Part shown: positions 48,028 through 57,700 of the stretch, piece by piece
Position numbering within the stretch: position 1 is the stretch's first letter
Layout of the letters: each line of letters opens with the position of its first letter
Origin: a virus
Lineage: Duplodnaviria > Heunggongvirae > Uroviricota > Caudoviricetes
Direction: 5' to 3' (one strand)
Length of the DNA: 64,000 bases
Virus record (IMG/VR): IMGVR_UViG_3300035208_003871
Program-made: the position numbers and the translations under genes
The notes under the pieces: generated by a model
Told to the model about the DNA's origin: nothing
The model's input: the letters and a program-made list of their open reading frames with translations, nothing else
Databases searched by the model: none

Positions 48028-49314
48028 ATGAAAGAATTTAAAGACCATCAGATGATTTACGAATATGGGAAAGAAAAGGGATTATTCCCGGTTCCTGAAA
48101 TAAATCAGGATAAATTCATTGAAAAAATGAATAAGTTAAACAAAAAAGCAAAAAAGCTTAATTGTCCTCAGGTAGTATTTGAGGAAAAAGAAAGAGTATT
48201 ATTCAGAAATAAAGATAATGCATTATGCTTTATCTTGTACCAGATAAACCACTCAGAACAAATAAAGATCAATGGATGGATTTTTACCGCTAAGCTTGAA
48301 TGCCTGAGCGGAGGTAATTTAATATCGAAAAATCCATCCTGTAAGGAAGAAATACCGATTAAGTACCGGGATATCTCTTTTTCTATATGTGAACATTGCA
48401 ACATAAACAGAAAGAGAAATGTACTCTATATAGTGAAAAATGAAACCACTCAGGAATTTAAATCGGTTGGATCTTCCTGTTTGAAAGATTTTTTAGGACA
48501 TGCATCACCTGAGCATATAGCTGAGTACAGTTTTTCTATTCCATCAGAAGAAGAGTTCTCAGACATTTCTGATTATATATCCGGTTCTATCCCTATTGTA
48601 TCCCTTCAAAGCTTTATCGCTCAGTGTATTTCATGGGTCCGGAAAGAGGGATTTATTACAAAATCTATGATGATAGAGCATAATAATCAGGAATATGAGA
48701 GTAAAAATTATATCTCTCATACAGGATATAAAGCATTTGATGTACTGACCATCACCAATTATCAGAGGATGGATTATAGGAATAAAAACATCTATACAGA
48801 AGATGATTATAAGAAATCCGGTGAAATTATCGAAATTATGAACCGGTATTATGATAATCAACCTGAAAAGGATATAGATGATTTTAACAATAATCTGAGG
48901 GTTATTCTTAAATCTGGTACTGTATCCTACAAACAAGATAGTATTTCAGCTATAATATTAATGAGATATTATCAGGTAATAGGAGAAAAGATCTCTTATT
49001 GGATTCCAGAGAATGAAAAACAAAAAAGAGCTTCAGAATTCAAATTTTTAAATAATGAGTATATCGGTACCATAAAAGAGAAAATAACCAAACAGGTACA
49101 GATAAAGTACATTTCAGAAAAGAGTACGCAATATGGATTAATCTATATCTATAAATTTATATCTGAAGATGGTTATAAAATGGTTTGGTTTTCATCTAAT
49201 AACATAAATAAAAATATTGGTGATAAATTGTATCTATCAGGTACAATAAAAGGATATAACGAATATAAATCCGAAAAAGAAACCATAATAACCAGATGCA
49301 AAATAATCTCTTAA
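48028..49314 (+). CDS. Hypothetical protein (~428 aa) with Cys clusters (CEHCN, CLKDFLGH).
   Basis: A long ORF. The ATG at 48028 follows AAAGGTG. The ORF track starts at a GTG at 48019. Confidence 0.5.
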   Translation: MKEFKDHQMIYEYGKEKGLFPVPEINQDKFIEKMNKLNKKAKKLNCPQVVFEEKERVLFRNKDNALCFILYQINHSEQIKINGWIFTAKLECLSGGNLISKNPSCKEEIPIKYRDISFSICEHCNINRKRNVLYIVKNETTQEFKSVGSSCLKDFLGHASPEHIAEYSFSIPSEEEFSDISDYISGSIPIVSLQSFIAQCISWVRKEGFITKSMMIEHNNQEYESKNYISHTGYKAFDVLTITNYQRMDYRNKNIYTEDDYKKSGEIIEIMNRYYDNQPEKDIDDFNNNLRVILKSGTVSYKQDSISAIILMRYYQVIGEKISYWIPENEKQKRASEFKFLNNEYIGTIKEKITKQVQIKYISEKSTQYGLIYIYKFISEDGYKMVWFSSNNINKNIGDKLYLSGTIKGYNEYKSEKETIITRCKIIS

Positions 49315-49405
49315 AATCATATTTTTAAGAAACAACTGAGATCACGCCTCAGATATGATATATCCTTGTAAATTTTTTGATTACAAGGATGAAAGGAGTT
49401 AAAAA

Positions 49406-49546
49406 ATGCTAATGAATGAAAAAAACCTCTATGAGCTATTGAACGAATATAATCAGGTATCTGATGATTATCAGGATATCTATACTGGTAATCATCCTGA
49501 GCTCAGATATGCTCATGAATTATCATATTCTGAGCTTGATTTTTAA
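49406..49546 (+). CDS. Hypothetical 46-aa protein.
   Basis: The RBS AAAGGAGTTAAAAA lies before the ATG. Confidence 0.35.
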   Translation: MLMNEKNLYELLNEYNQVSDDYQDIYTGNHPELRYAHELSYSELDF

Positions 49547-49589
49547 GAAAACCGTTTAATTTCGGTAAAAATTAAAAGGAGTTAAATTT

Positions 49590-49847
49590 ATGTCAGAAAT
49601 TGTATATTATATCAGAAATAACAGAAGATTAAGGTTTTTCATTATCTCAGGAACTGAGATAAAAGATATAACCGGTCAAATAAGCGATAGAACTAAGAAT
49701 AGGTTTTGTAAAGACGGATTTATATCAGTACCTGGTACTGGTTTTGATCCGATTGATGGAATAAAACCGTTTTATCCATCAATTGAATTTATCAGGATTT
49801 ATGAGAGTGAAATAAACATAAAAACCACTTACACATTAAAGGAGTGA
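49590..49847 (+). CDS. Hypothetical protein (85 aa).
   Basis: The RBS AAAGGAGTTAAATTT lies before the ATG. Confidence 0.45.
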   Translation: MSEIVYYIRNNRRLRFFIISGTEIKDITGQISDRTKNRFCKDGFISVPGTGFDPIDGIKPFYPSIEFIRIYESEINIKTTYTLKE

Positions 49848-49852
49848 TAAAA

Positions 49853-50056
49853 ATGATGATTCAAGGAAAAACCGTTAAATTCTTTTTTTCGATTATCGCT
49901 TATGACAGAAAAGAGGGAAGAACTGAAAGATACATTTGTAAAAACAGATCAGAAATGGATTCAAAAGAGAAAGAGATTATATCGAAAAATCAGGAAATAG
50001 TAAGCTATGGTGTATTTCCTGAGTGTCTAATGAATTCAAAGGAGATCAATATATGA
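49853..50056 (+). CDS. Hypothetical protein (~67 aa).
   Basis: AAGGAGTGATAAAA lies before the ATG at 49853. Confidence 0.4.
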   Translation: MMIQGKTVKFFFSIIAYDRKEGRTERYICKNRSEMDSKEKEIISKNQEIVSYGVFPECLMNSKEINI

Positions 50057-50226
50057 ACTTAAGACAGAAAATAGAAGAAGAAATAAGGAATAATGTTCCT
50101 GTTATCCTTTTTACATTTCAAGAAGATAAATAATTATCTCTCTTTTTGAAGATTTATGAGCTCATAACTCAGAGATGATATACCCTCAGCTTTTATTTGA
50201 GGGATTAAAGAAAGGAGTTAAAAATT

Positions 50227-50790
50227 ATGTCAGATGAAAAGAGAACAATAAATCATCAGTACTTAATGTCTGAGTATTATGATGATATAACGGAAAAGAT
50301 GAAAGAATCTAATCATATTGGATATCCCAACGATATTTTTATTGATATTTCAACCGTATTATCAGAAAAACCTGATTTTTTCATGATATTCTCAAAAGAT
50401 TATCCTAGTACTCATTTATTCGAAATTAAAGAAAATTATGATTATAATGATTTATTAAAATATTATAATCGATATTTATGCATGTATAATTTCTATTTTA
50501 TGGAAATGGATTCATTTAAGACCGTATATTCTTTCTTTTTGGGAAAAATGAATATCTATGATCTTAATCTGGATTATCAGAAAGAAATGATGTATTTCGT
50601 ATTGATGTTTTTTTATGAAAAGCATTATCGAAGGTGGATACATGCATTAGATGAAAATATCCCTGAACAAAAAGAAATTAAAGAAATATCTCAGAAAAAT
50701 TATGAGAAAAATAAAAGTATCTTTTCTATCCGTATTGATCAGATAAGAAACCCTGAGAAATACATAAAAAAGCCTTTATTTTCAATTTAA
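50227..50790 (+). CDS. Hypothetical protein (187 aa).
   Basis: The RBS AAAGGAGTTAAAAATT lies before the ATG. Confidence 0.5.
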   Translation: MSDEKRTINHQYLMSEYYDDITEKMKESNHIGYPNDIFIDISTVLSEKPDFFMIFSKDYPSTHLFEIKENYDYNDLLKYYNRYLCMYNFYFMEMDSFKTVYSFFLGKMNIYDLNLDYQKEMMYFVLMFFYEKHYRRWIHALDENIPEQKEIKEISQKNYEKNKSIFSIRIDQIRNPEKYIKKPLFSI

Positions 50791-50890
50791 ACCTATTTTC
50801 TCTTATATTGAAGAGATTAAATAAGATCATACTTATAATAGGTATTTCCTGTACAATTTTTAGTTATACAGGAAGAAAGGAGTTAAAACT

Positions 50891-51523
50891 ATGTCAGAAG
50901 ATGTTTACACAGATATTAAAAAAGAGGTTTCTTTGAGAGACTTTTTGAAATTAACCTCTGAATATATCTCTTTGTACAGACCTCAGGATATATATTTCCA
51001 TGTACCTATGGAAATACAAAATAATGGATATACTGATCACATTAACCAAATAGGGCACGAAATAACCCTATTTAAACATATAAGAGAACAATTTAAAGAT
51101 AAAGTTATTCATTCTATGATTCAAACAACTATAAGCAATATCAATTTTTCATTATATAATTATGGTAACGAAAAACATATGCTTATGGATATAGTAAAAA
51201 AGGATAAAGAACTTAGATTTAAGTGTTCTAATCCTGATATGATTAAATTACTATTAGAAAATAAAAAGGATGATTATATATTAAATATACAATATTATCC
51301 TCAAAATAATAGTGAAATGATAGAAAAATCAGGTTTGAGACAAGAATATATCGAATATACTCTTCAGAAACCTTTAAAAAATGGATTCAAGGATATTTAT
51401 CAGGTTTATGATCATAAAGTCTTTAAATCCAACGTACAAAGAGATATCCTAATAGTACCTATCAACTCAGCTTATACTTTATGGGATAAATCATCTGATG
51501 AAATATTAAAAGAAACCTCATAA
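50891..51523 (+). CDS. Hypothetical protein (210 aa).
   Basis: The RBS GAAAGGAGTTAAAACT lies before the ATG. Confidence 0.5.
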   Translation: MSEDVYTDIKKEVSLRDFLKLTSEYISLYRPQDIYFHVPMEIQNNGYTDHINQIGHEITLFKHIREQFKDKVIHSMIQTTISNINFSLYNYGNEKHMLMDIVKKDKELRFKCSNPDMIKLLLENKKDDYILNIQYYPQNNSEMIEKSGLRQEYIEYTLQKPLKNGFKDIYQVYDHKVFKSNVQRDILIVPINSAYTLWDKSSDEILKETS

Positions 51524-51628
51524 AACCCATAAATCATTTTTAGATGATTATAGAGATTCATTATCTCATATGGGTATTTCCCTGTATATTTTTTTTAACA
51601 GGGATAAATTAAAGGAGAGTGAAATTTA

Positions 51629-51988
51629 ATGAGATTAACAGTAAAAAACCTCATGAATTATTTATCTATTGATAAATATACTGCAATTGCAATAAATGAA
51701 ATGTACAAAGATTACAGAAAAGGAGAGATAACTGATAAAGCATTTTTTGAAAAAGCTGATCAAATGCTTGAATTTTTTGGAATAGAATATTTATCATCTG
51801 TTTACCATTACAATAAAACAGGAATCTCTAATTATGCTATGTACATTAATACAGGATATACATACAAATGTACTCTTATTAGGGATTTTAGGTACTGTAA
51901 AAGAATGATAATTGATAGCATGGGTAATTTTTACGAAAAAACTTATTATAATGTAGATAATAAGCATTTAGAAAAAATCTATGGATGA
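51629..51988 (+). CDS. Hypothetical protein (119 aa).
   Basis: The RBS AAAGGAGAGTGAAATTTA lies before the ATG. Confidence 0.5.
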   Translation: MRLTVKNLMNYLSIDKYTAIAINEMYKDYRKGEITDKAFFEKADQMLEFFGIEYLSSVYHYNKTGISNYAMYINTGYTYKCTLIRDFRYCKRMIIDSMGNFYEKTYYNVDNKHLEKIYG

Positions 51989-51994
51989 AATAAT

Positions 51995-52171
51995 ATGTTT
52001 CAAGATATTATTTTCGAAATACAGATGTACTTATCAGCTTATGAAAAACGATTAACATATAATCAAAATAGTGAAAGAGAACGAAAAAGAAAACACAAAA
52101 TAGAGACTCATTTAGAAATGATAAAAGATGAATTGATAAAAGGTAATAATATTTTAGAAAAAGAAAAATGA
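51995..52171 (+). CDS. Hypothetical 58-aa basic protein.
   Basis: A small ORF following the previous gene. Confidence 0.3.
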   Translation: MFQDIIFEIQMYLSAYEKRLTYNQNSERERKRKHKIETHLEMIKDELIKGNNILEKEK

Positions 52172-52261
52172 AATTAAAACAATATTTTTTAATTCAATAC
52201 TTTTATTCGATTTTTAATATAAAAACATTAATATAAAAACATTAAAATAAAACTATTAAAA

Positions 52262-52392
52262 TATTGAATGTACAAATATAAACAGTAATGTATTAAAATG
52301 TACATCAATGTATAGAAATGTACATCAATGCATTAAAGTATTCACCAATGTACAAAAATGTACATTATTGTATATATTTATACATTCAATAT
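52262..52392. repeat. About eight direct or inverted copies of AATGTACA(T/A) in an AT-rich spacer.
   Basis: AATGTACAAATA...AATGTACATCAATGTATAGAAATGTACATCAATGCATT...CAATGTACAAAAATGTACATTATTGTATA...TACATTCAAT. Confidence 0.65.
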
Positions 52393-52872
52393 ATTAAAAC
52401 TTTTATAAAAATATTAATATAAATAGTTAATAAATATAAATTGCAATTATATAAAAAGAATATTATAAAATTATTAATATATAAAATGTAATATATTTTT
52501 AACATTATATAGAGATCTTTATAAAAATAAATATATAAAAACAATTTTATATTAATAAAAAGTTATTCAAAAGTACTTAACAAAAAATATGGTAAAAATT
52601 CTCAAAAAACTAAGGTTACAGGCAAATTTATTATATTTAAATATTTGGATATTACTAAGGTTCATGGAAATTTGTTAACCCTTTTTAGTTAACTTTTTAA
52701 GTGAGTAAATAATGAAAATTACCCTATTACCCGGCAAAAAAGTTACAAGTTTAAAGTTTTTAATTAACCTAAGGTTACATGAATTATTTCTCATAACTCA
52801 TACCCAAATAATTATAAAAATTTACATTTTAATAATTAATTATTTATGGTTATAGAAACATACTAATTATAC

Positions 52873-53526
52873 ATGAGCTGGAAAATTGTTATAGAAAATG
52901 CTCTTTGGGTATTTCCGTATAAAAAACATATAGTACAAGAAGGTATAAAATATGAATTTTATAGACCTTCTGATTTGTTACATGAAGATATTCATAAAAT
53001 ATTTACTACATTGCCTCCAAAATTAGAATCTGATATATTATATGTTAGATATAGTACTAATGATGGTGTAGCTGAAAGAATAATAATTGGAAATGAAAAA
53101 CATAAGATGCAATTAAGAACAATGTTTAATATTCCTAATGTTACAGTGGATTATGGTATCGATACTAATGAAATGTTAGGACTCCCTTCTGATATTGATT
53201 TATATCCATCTGAAACTATTATTAATAATCCAGTGGGTAGACCGCGCAAATATCCCGAGTCAGAACCTAAATCACAAAAATATCCACGAAAGGGTAAAAT
53301 AACCCGTTATTGCGCGTTTTGTGGTGAGATATTTACTACTTCTCAATCTGAGATGAGTAAAGGATCTGGATTATATTGCAAAAGAGAATGTTCAAACTCA
53401 GCACGTACATCTTATAGTGAAAATGATAAGGTTCATTGCACTTGTCTTAAATGTGGATTTACTTATCAATCATTAACTCCTGAAGAATATTGCTGCATAG
53501 AGTGTGAAAATGAATCTAATTTATAA
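52873..53526 (+). CDS. DNA-binding protein with an AT-hook (GRPRKYP) and a C-terminal TRASH/zf-FCS-like zinc-finger module (217 aa).
   Basis: CAFCGEIF...GSGLYCKRECSNSART, then CTCLKCGFTY...CCIECENES. This is paralogous to the C-terminus of 41171..41452. Confidence 0.5.
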   Translation: MSWKIVIENALWVFPYKKHIVQEGIKYEFYRPSDLLHEDIHKIFTTLPPKLESDILYVRYSTNDGVAERIIIGNEKHKMQLRTMFNIPNVTVDYGIDTNEMLGLPSDIDLYPSETIINNPVGRPRKYPESEPKSQKYPRKGKITRYCAFCGEIFTTSQSEMSKGSGLYCKRECSNSARTSYSENDKVHCTCLKCGFTYQSLTPEEYCCIECENESNL

Positions 53527-53715
53527 CTCATACCTCATACCTGAATAAATAAATAATTATAATTTTTTTTTTTTAATTTAATTAAAAAGGTATGAGATTG
53601 ACCTCCTCCTATGTTTTCATTTAATTTCTCAGGTTTGGGTATGAGCAATTTCATATAACTCATATCTCATCAAATGAACATCATATATCGCATAACTTTT
53701 TTCTAAATAACTCCA

Positions 53716-53739
53716 TACCTGAGATTCTCAGGTATGAGT
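53716..53739. repeat. A perfect 24-bp palindrome, CATACCTGAGATTCTCAGGTATG. It is part of a family of GGTATGAG/CTCATACC motifs.
   Basis: Read directly. Related copies lie at 53523-53540, 53589-53613 and 53638-53660. Confidence 0.7.
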
Positions 53740-54638
53740 AATGAATGATCCTTGTCAGTCTGCTATCCAAGGATATCAGCCTGAAGAAATGAGGCGCCGC
53801 ATTGAAATAACTCCAAATTAGCCTCTAAATCGGAAAAGAACGAAAACGGCATAAATCCTAAAGGATATAATGATGATAATAGCTCACTATGTATTTGTTC
53901 TTTATCACTATATATACTTATCGATTTTAAGAGAAGTGAGGCACCAAAACTTAAGTTATCGCAAATCAATAATTTTATGCTCTTCAATATGCGTATCATC
54001 AGTTTTCCACTCACTAAAAATCAACTAACATATAAATCTTATCCTCAAATCAATGTTTTAAGCCGAAATGTTTAAGACGGAATACAGCTAACAATAGTAT
54101 GTAACAGGTGAGTAAGGTAAGAGTCAATAAAGCTCTTATGATGAAAACTGTTATGATGAGTATCGGAATTAGGAGATTGATACCTTCCCGATATGATATA
54201 GGCAAATGCCAAATATGGTATGTTATCGTGAACCTCTTATCAGGTGTGATCGCTAATCCATCCCCTACAACGAGAGGAGCCATAACACAAATATCAAAAC
54301 GGTAGTATCCCACGACTAAGTAACAACTAAACCCGATGATCGGTGATCAATCGGTAGTATAGATTAACGACCAACAATTTTTATGAGGTATTATTAGTGA
54401 ATCCACAAACCAATTATAACAATGTGAAATATTAGACTTCAGAGCATCCCGGTAACACATATTTTCAGGTTCAATTCATCCTGATCTTATGTATTCAGGC
54501 GAAACCCTGATAAAAACTATTACTCCTTTCTTTTAGTACCAGTCGCGTAAAAATATGATACATCCATAAAGTGAGATGCTAACGGACTCACAAGAAGGGT
54601 TCAAATCCCTTATTGCGTTTAAATTGGAGTTAAATTTT

Positions 54639-54935
54639 ATGATAATTGAAATTAAAGCAAACACAAAGACCAGACAAAACACTTGGGCTATCTTTTATGA
54701 TGATAGGAAAAAAGCATCAATCCACATAAGCGATTATGTTCCTGATTTATCAGATTACAAGTTCAAACAAAACTTCAAGCTCTACAAGGATAACCAGTTA
54801 ATGTTTGTTGGTAAATCTGATGAAGTATCATTTAAACCACTTGAAGAATTCGGAAAACCGTTTAAATGCAATAGAATCGATTTTTACTCAAAAAATCGTG
54901 AAGATTACATAACCCTAACAGAAGAATTCTTATAA
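54639..54935 (+). CDS. Hypothetical protein (~98 aa).
   Basis: The ATG at 54639 follows GGAGTTAAATTTT. The ORF track starts upstream at 54576. Confidence 0.4.
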   Translation: MIIEIKANTKTRQNTWAIFYDDRKKASIHISDYVPDLSDYKFKQNFKLYKDNQLMFVGKSDEVSFKPLEEFGKPFKCNRIDFYSKNREDYITLTEEFL

Positions 54936-54951
54936 AATGAGGTAAAAAATT

Positions 54952-55884
54952 ATGGCTTGGAAAACAAATGATAAAAACACTGACAAAACAGAAAAGAAAA
55001 GCGTTTACGAAATTATCACTGATCGCGTTATCCAATTAATAGAAAGTGGACAGCTAAACTGGAAGAAAACATGGGCTTTACAAGAACCTATGAATTATGT
55101 TTCAGGTAAAAAGTACAATGGAATCAACCATATACTATTATCATGCATGGGCTTCTCTTCTCCATATTGGCTAACATATAAACAAGCTACAGATATGGGC
55201 GGAAACATCAAAAAAGGTTCAAAAGGAGTCCCTGTAGTGTATTTCGCACGTAAAGAGTCAAAAGATAAAAAAGTTCTTAAAAACGGTACTGAAAAAGCTC
55301 AGTTTTATGTAATCCTTCGGTATTACACAGTATTTAATACTGAACAATGTGAGAACATCCCAGAAAAAAGTTATAACGCACCAATTATCAGAGACCATTC
55401 AGAAATTGAAACCTTAATTTCAGCACACAACCCTGAGTTGAGTAGAGGTAATCCAGCTTATTCACCCGGAATGGATATCATCTATATGCCCGATATCAAG
55501 GAATTCAGCTCACAGAACAACTATTATAAAACCTTCTTTCACGAAATGAGTCACTGGACAGGTCATAAAGACCGATTGAACAGGGATGAAGTCACTCGCA
55601 AATCTGGTCGTTTCGGAGATGAAGATTACTCCAAAGAAGAGCTTGTCGCTGAGTTAAGTGCAGCATTTATCAGCTCTATATATAATATCTCATCAGACGA
55701 CACAGAAGCAAACACAGCTGCTTACATCCAGTCGTGGATCAAAGTATTGAAGAATGATCCAAAGATGATTATAAGTGCCTCCAGTAGAGCACAAAAAGCA
55801 ACTGAGTTTCTTCTTAAACCAGTATCAAATAATATAGAAGTTTCAGAAGTTTCAGAAAAAACTGAAGATGGTGTATATGCATAA
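54952..55884 (+). CDS. ardC: ArdC-like antirestriction protein: an ssDNA-binding N-domain plus a zincin metalloprotease domain (310 aa).
   Basis: An N-terminal ArdC-N-like region (WKKTW...YNGINHILL...YWLTYKQATDMGGNIKKGSKGVPVVY) and a C-terminal HExxH motif (FFHEMSHWTGH), as in ArdC / DUF1738 proteins. Confidence 0.75.
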   Translation: MAWKTNDKNTDKTEKKSVYEIITDRVIQLIESGQLNWKKTWALQEPMNYVSGKKYNGINHILLSCMGFSSPYWLTYKQATDMGGNIKKGSKGVPVVYFARKESKDKKVLKNGTEKAQFYVILRYYTVFNTEQCENIPEKSYNAPIIRDHSEIETLISAHNPELSRGNPAYSPGMDIIYMPDIKEFSSQNNYYKTFFHEMSHWTGHKDRLNRDEVTRKSGRFGDEDYSKEELVAELSAAFISSIYNISSDDTEANTAAYIQSWIKVLKNDPKMIISASSRAQKATEFLLKPVSNNIEVSEVSEKTEDGVYA

Positions 55885-56083
55885 AAAATGCAAATTTATG
55901 ACTATCCACCAATATCTCAATGTTTTAGAGAATAACCATTATCGAATGAAAAATGAGGAAATACTCACAGATTTTTTGGATTATAAATTCGATAATGGAA
56001 ACCTATCATTCAATGTATGGTGTGATAGAAATGTTGAGTTAATCGAAAAATACACACCATCTATGAAAAAAGGTGTAATATGA
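55877..56083 (+). CDS. Hypothetical protein.
   Basis: It overlaps the ardC 3' end, so the start is ambiguous (55877 or 55898). Confidence 0.3.
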   Translation: MHKKCKFMTIHQYLNVLENNHYRMKNEEILTDFLDYKFDNGNLSFNVWCDRNVELIEKYTPSMKKGVI

Positions 56084-56328
56084 ATCTAATTAGAGGTTTC
56101 TCTGAATTCCGTAAGTTGGTTAATCAATCAGGTATCCCATACAAGTACGAACGAGTACGACCTAAAAACTGGTGTGTATATTATTGTGTTTACACCACAA
56201 TAGATCATATTGATAAATTACGTGAATATGTAGATGCATATAATCAAAGCAAAAGCAACCGATCATACATAAATTTACATGCTTACTCACTCGAAGAATT
56301 CAATGCAATCAGAACAAAGGAGGTATAA
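56080..56328 (+). CDS. Hypothetical protein (82 aa).
   Basis: An ATGA overlap with the upstream gene. Confidence 0.4.
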   Translation: MNLIRGFSEFRKLVNQSGIPYKYERVRPKNWCVYYCVYTTIDHIDKLREYVDAYNQSKSNRSYINLHAYSLEEFNAIRTKEV

Positions 56329-56673
56329 ATGTCAAATAGTTTAATGCTATTAAATAAGTATCAAATCAAGCTTGTTAATCACAGAATCGATAAGAAAGAT
56401 TATCGTGAAACCTATGATGTTAAAATCACCAACACTGAGGATAAAACATCAGTTATCATCGACACATATAAACCATCTCCCTTTTTAAAGACTCAAATAG
56501 AAAAATTGAATGATGCAATGGATTTTATCTCTTCAGTAGCTTCTGAGTATCATGAAGATCATAGAGAAGATGGTGATAACTTCTTCGAAAATATCTATAA
56601 TGAAGTTACAACTGTAATACCATATTCAGATATTGAAGAGATCTATGACCATTACCGAAGCACTGAGGATTAA
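56329..56673 (+). CDS. Hypothetical acidic protein (114 aa).
   Basis: AAGGAGGTATAA lies before the ATG. Confidence 0.45.
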   Translation: MSNSLMLLNKYQIKLVNHRIDKKDYRETYDVKITNTEDKTSVIIDTYKPSPFLKTQIEKLNDAMDFISSVASEYHEDHREDGDNFFENIYNEVTTVIPYSDIEEIYDHYRSTED

Positions 56674-56676
56674 ATC

Positions 56677-56856
56677 ATGGATAATAAAATTATTTGTCCT
56701 AAATGCAATACTGAGCTTATTGATGATGATTATGATGAAATGATAAATTATAATCATGGTACATCAGTACAAGAAGCACATTTTTGTCATAATTGTAAAT
56801 CATATGTAAAAGTAGAATACAACCTAACCATTTCAGAAATATGGTGTGATGATTAA
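56677..56856 (+). CDS. Zinc-ribbon protein (59 aa).
   Basis: MDNKIICPKCNTEL...HFCHNCKSY. Confidence 0.4.
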   Translation: MDNKIICPKCNTELIDDDYDEMINYNHGTSVQEAHFCHNCKSYVKVEYNLTISEIWCDD

Positions 56857-57003
56857 TGGTATTCCATACTCCTACTCCCTCAGAAAATCTCTCTAAGTTA
56901 CAGGAGGCATATAATCAATCAATTCAAGATGGTGAACCGGAAAGAGCACAAAGAATCAGACAACGCATAAATCGTTACAAATACGGTAAAGAGTGGTGAA
57001 ATT

Positions 57004-57342
57004 ATGACTAAAAAATTTGTAGGCTGGGTACGGGATTATGATAACCGTATCTATAAAGTTACTCATCTCAAAAATGGGATGTTAAAACTTAATGAACTAA
57101 AATCCATCTACAAGGTACCATATCTTGATGGATCAAAAAGGTTCAGATATGTAACAGAATGGAAAGAAAACGGTATTATTACTCCTGAATCAGCATTAGA
57201 AGGAGGAGAGTGTGATTTATCCAATTGTGGCGCTGGATCAATCTGGTCCATATTAAAAGGAAACAATTCATTCCACCACTATGAAATGAGAGAAAAACAT
57301 CTCTCACGAAACCTCATTACAGGAAAGATGTGGGCTATATAA
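57004..57342 (+). CDS. Hypothetical protein (112 aa).
   Basis: ORF. A GGTGAAATT-like RBS. Confidence 0.45.
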   Translation: MTKKFVGWVRDYDNRIYKVTHLKNGMLKLNELKSIYKVPYLDGSKRFRYVTEWKENGIITPESALEGGECDLSNCGAGSIWSILKGNNSFHHYEMREKHLSRNLITGKMWAI

Positions 57343-57700
57343 AAAAGGTACAAAAGGTAAGTAAAATGTCAGATTATTGTCCTAAATGTAAATCCAGATT
57401 ATATCCACTGGATAATGAGTACATAAAAAAGTATAATGTATGTTCCTATTGCGTAACATTTACAAATCAAAACAAAGTAAAAGGAGTTAATCATGAGTGA
57501 ATCAGCATTTACCATTTATGCATCGCAAATCTTTTTCAATCAAAAACAAAACGAAATTAAAAAAAATTACTCAGATTATGAATGGTATAATCTTATGCAG
57601 GAATATCTAAACGGCAATGGGTATGCTCTTGTAGAACTTGAATCTGAAGAAGAAGAATAATGTTACACCTAAACAACTAAGGTTACAAGGTTATAAAATC

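Noticed and set aside
48168-48936. Minus-strand ORFs inside gene 48028..49314 (48168..48404 and 48631..48936).
   Set aside because: Antisense shadows, Ile/Phe-rich.
53763-54313. Minus-strand ORFs 53763..54014 and 54050..54313, and plus-strand ORF 54108..54305.
   Set aside because: They overlap one another, lie in a repeat-rich spacer, lack RBS and are the only reverse ORFs in a plus-strand block. They are kept as unannotated.
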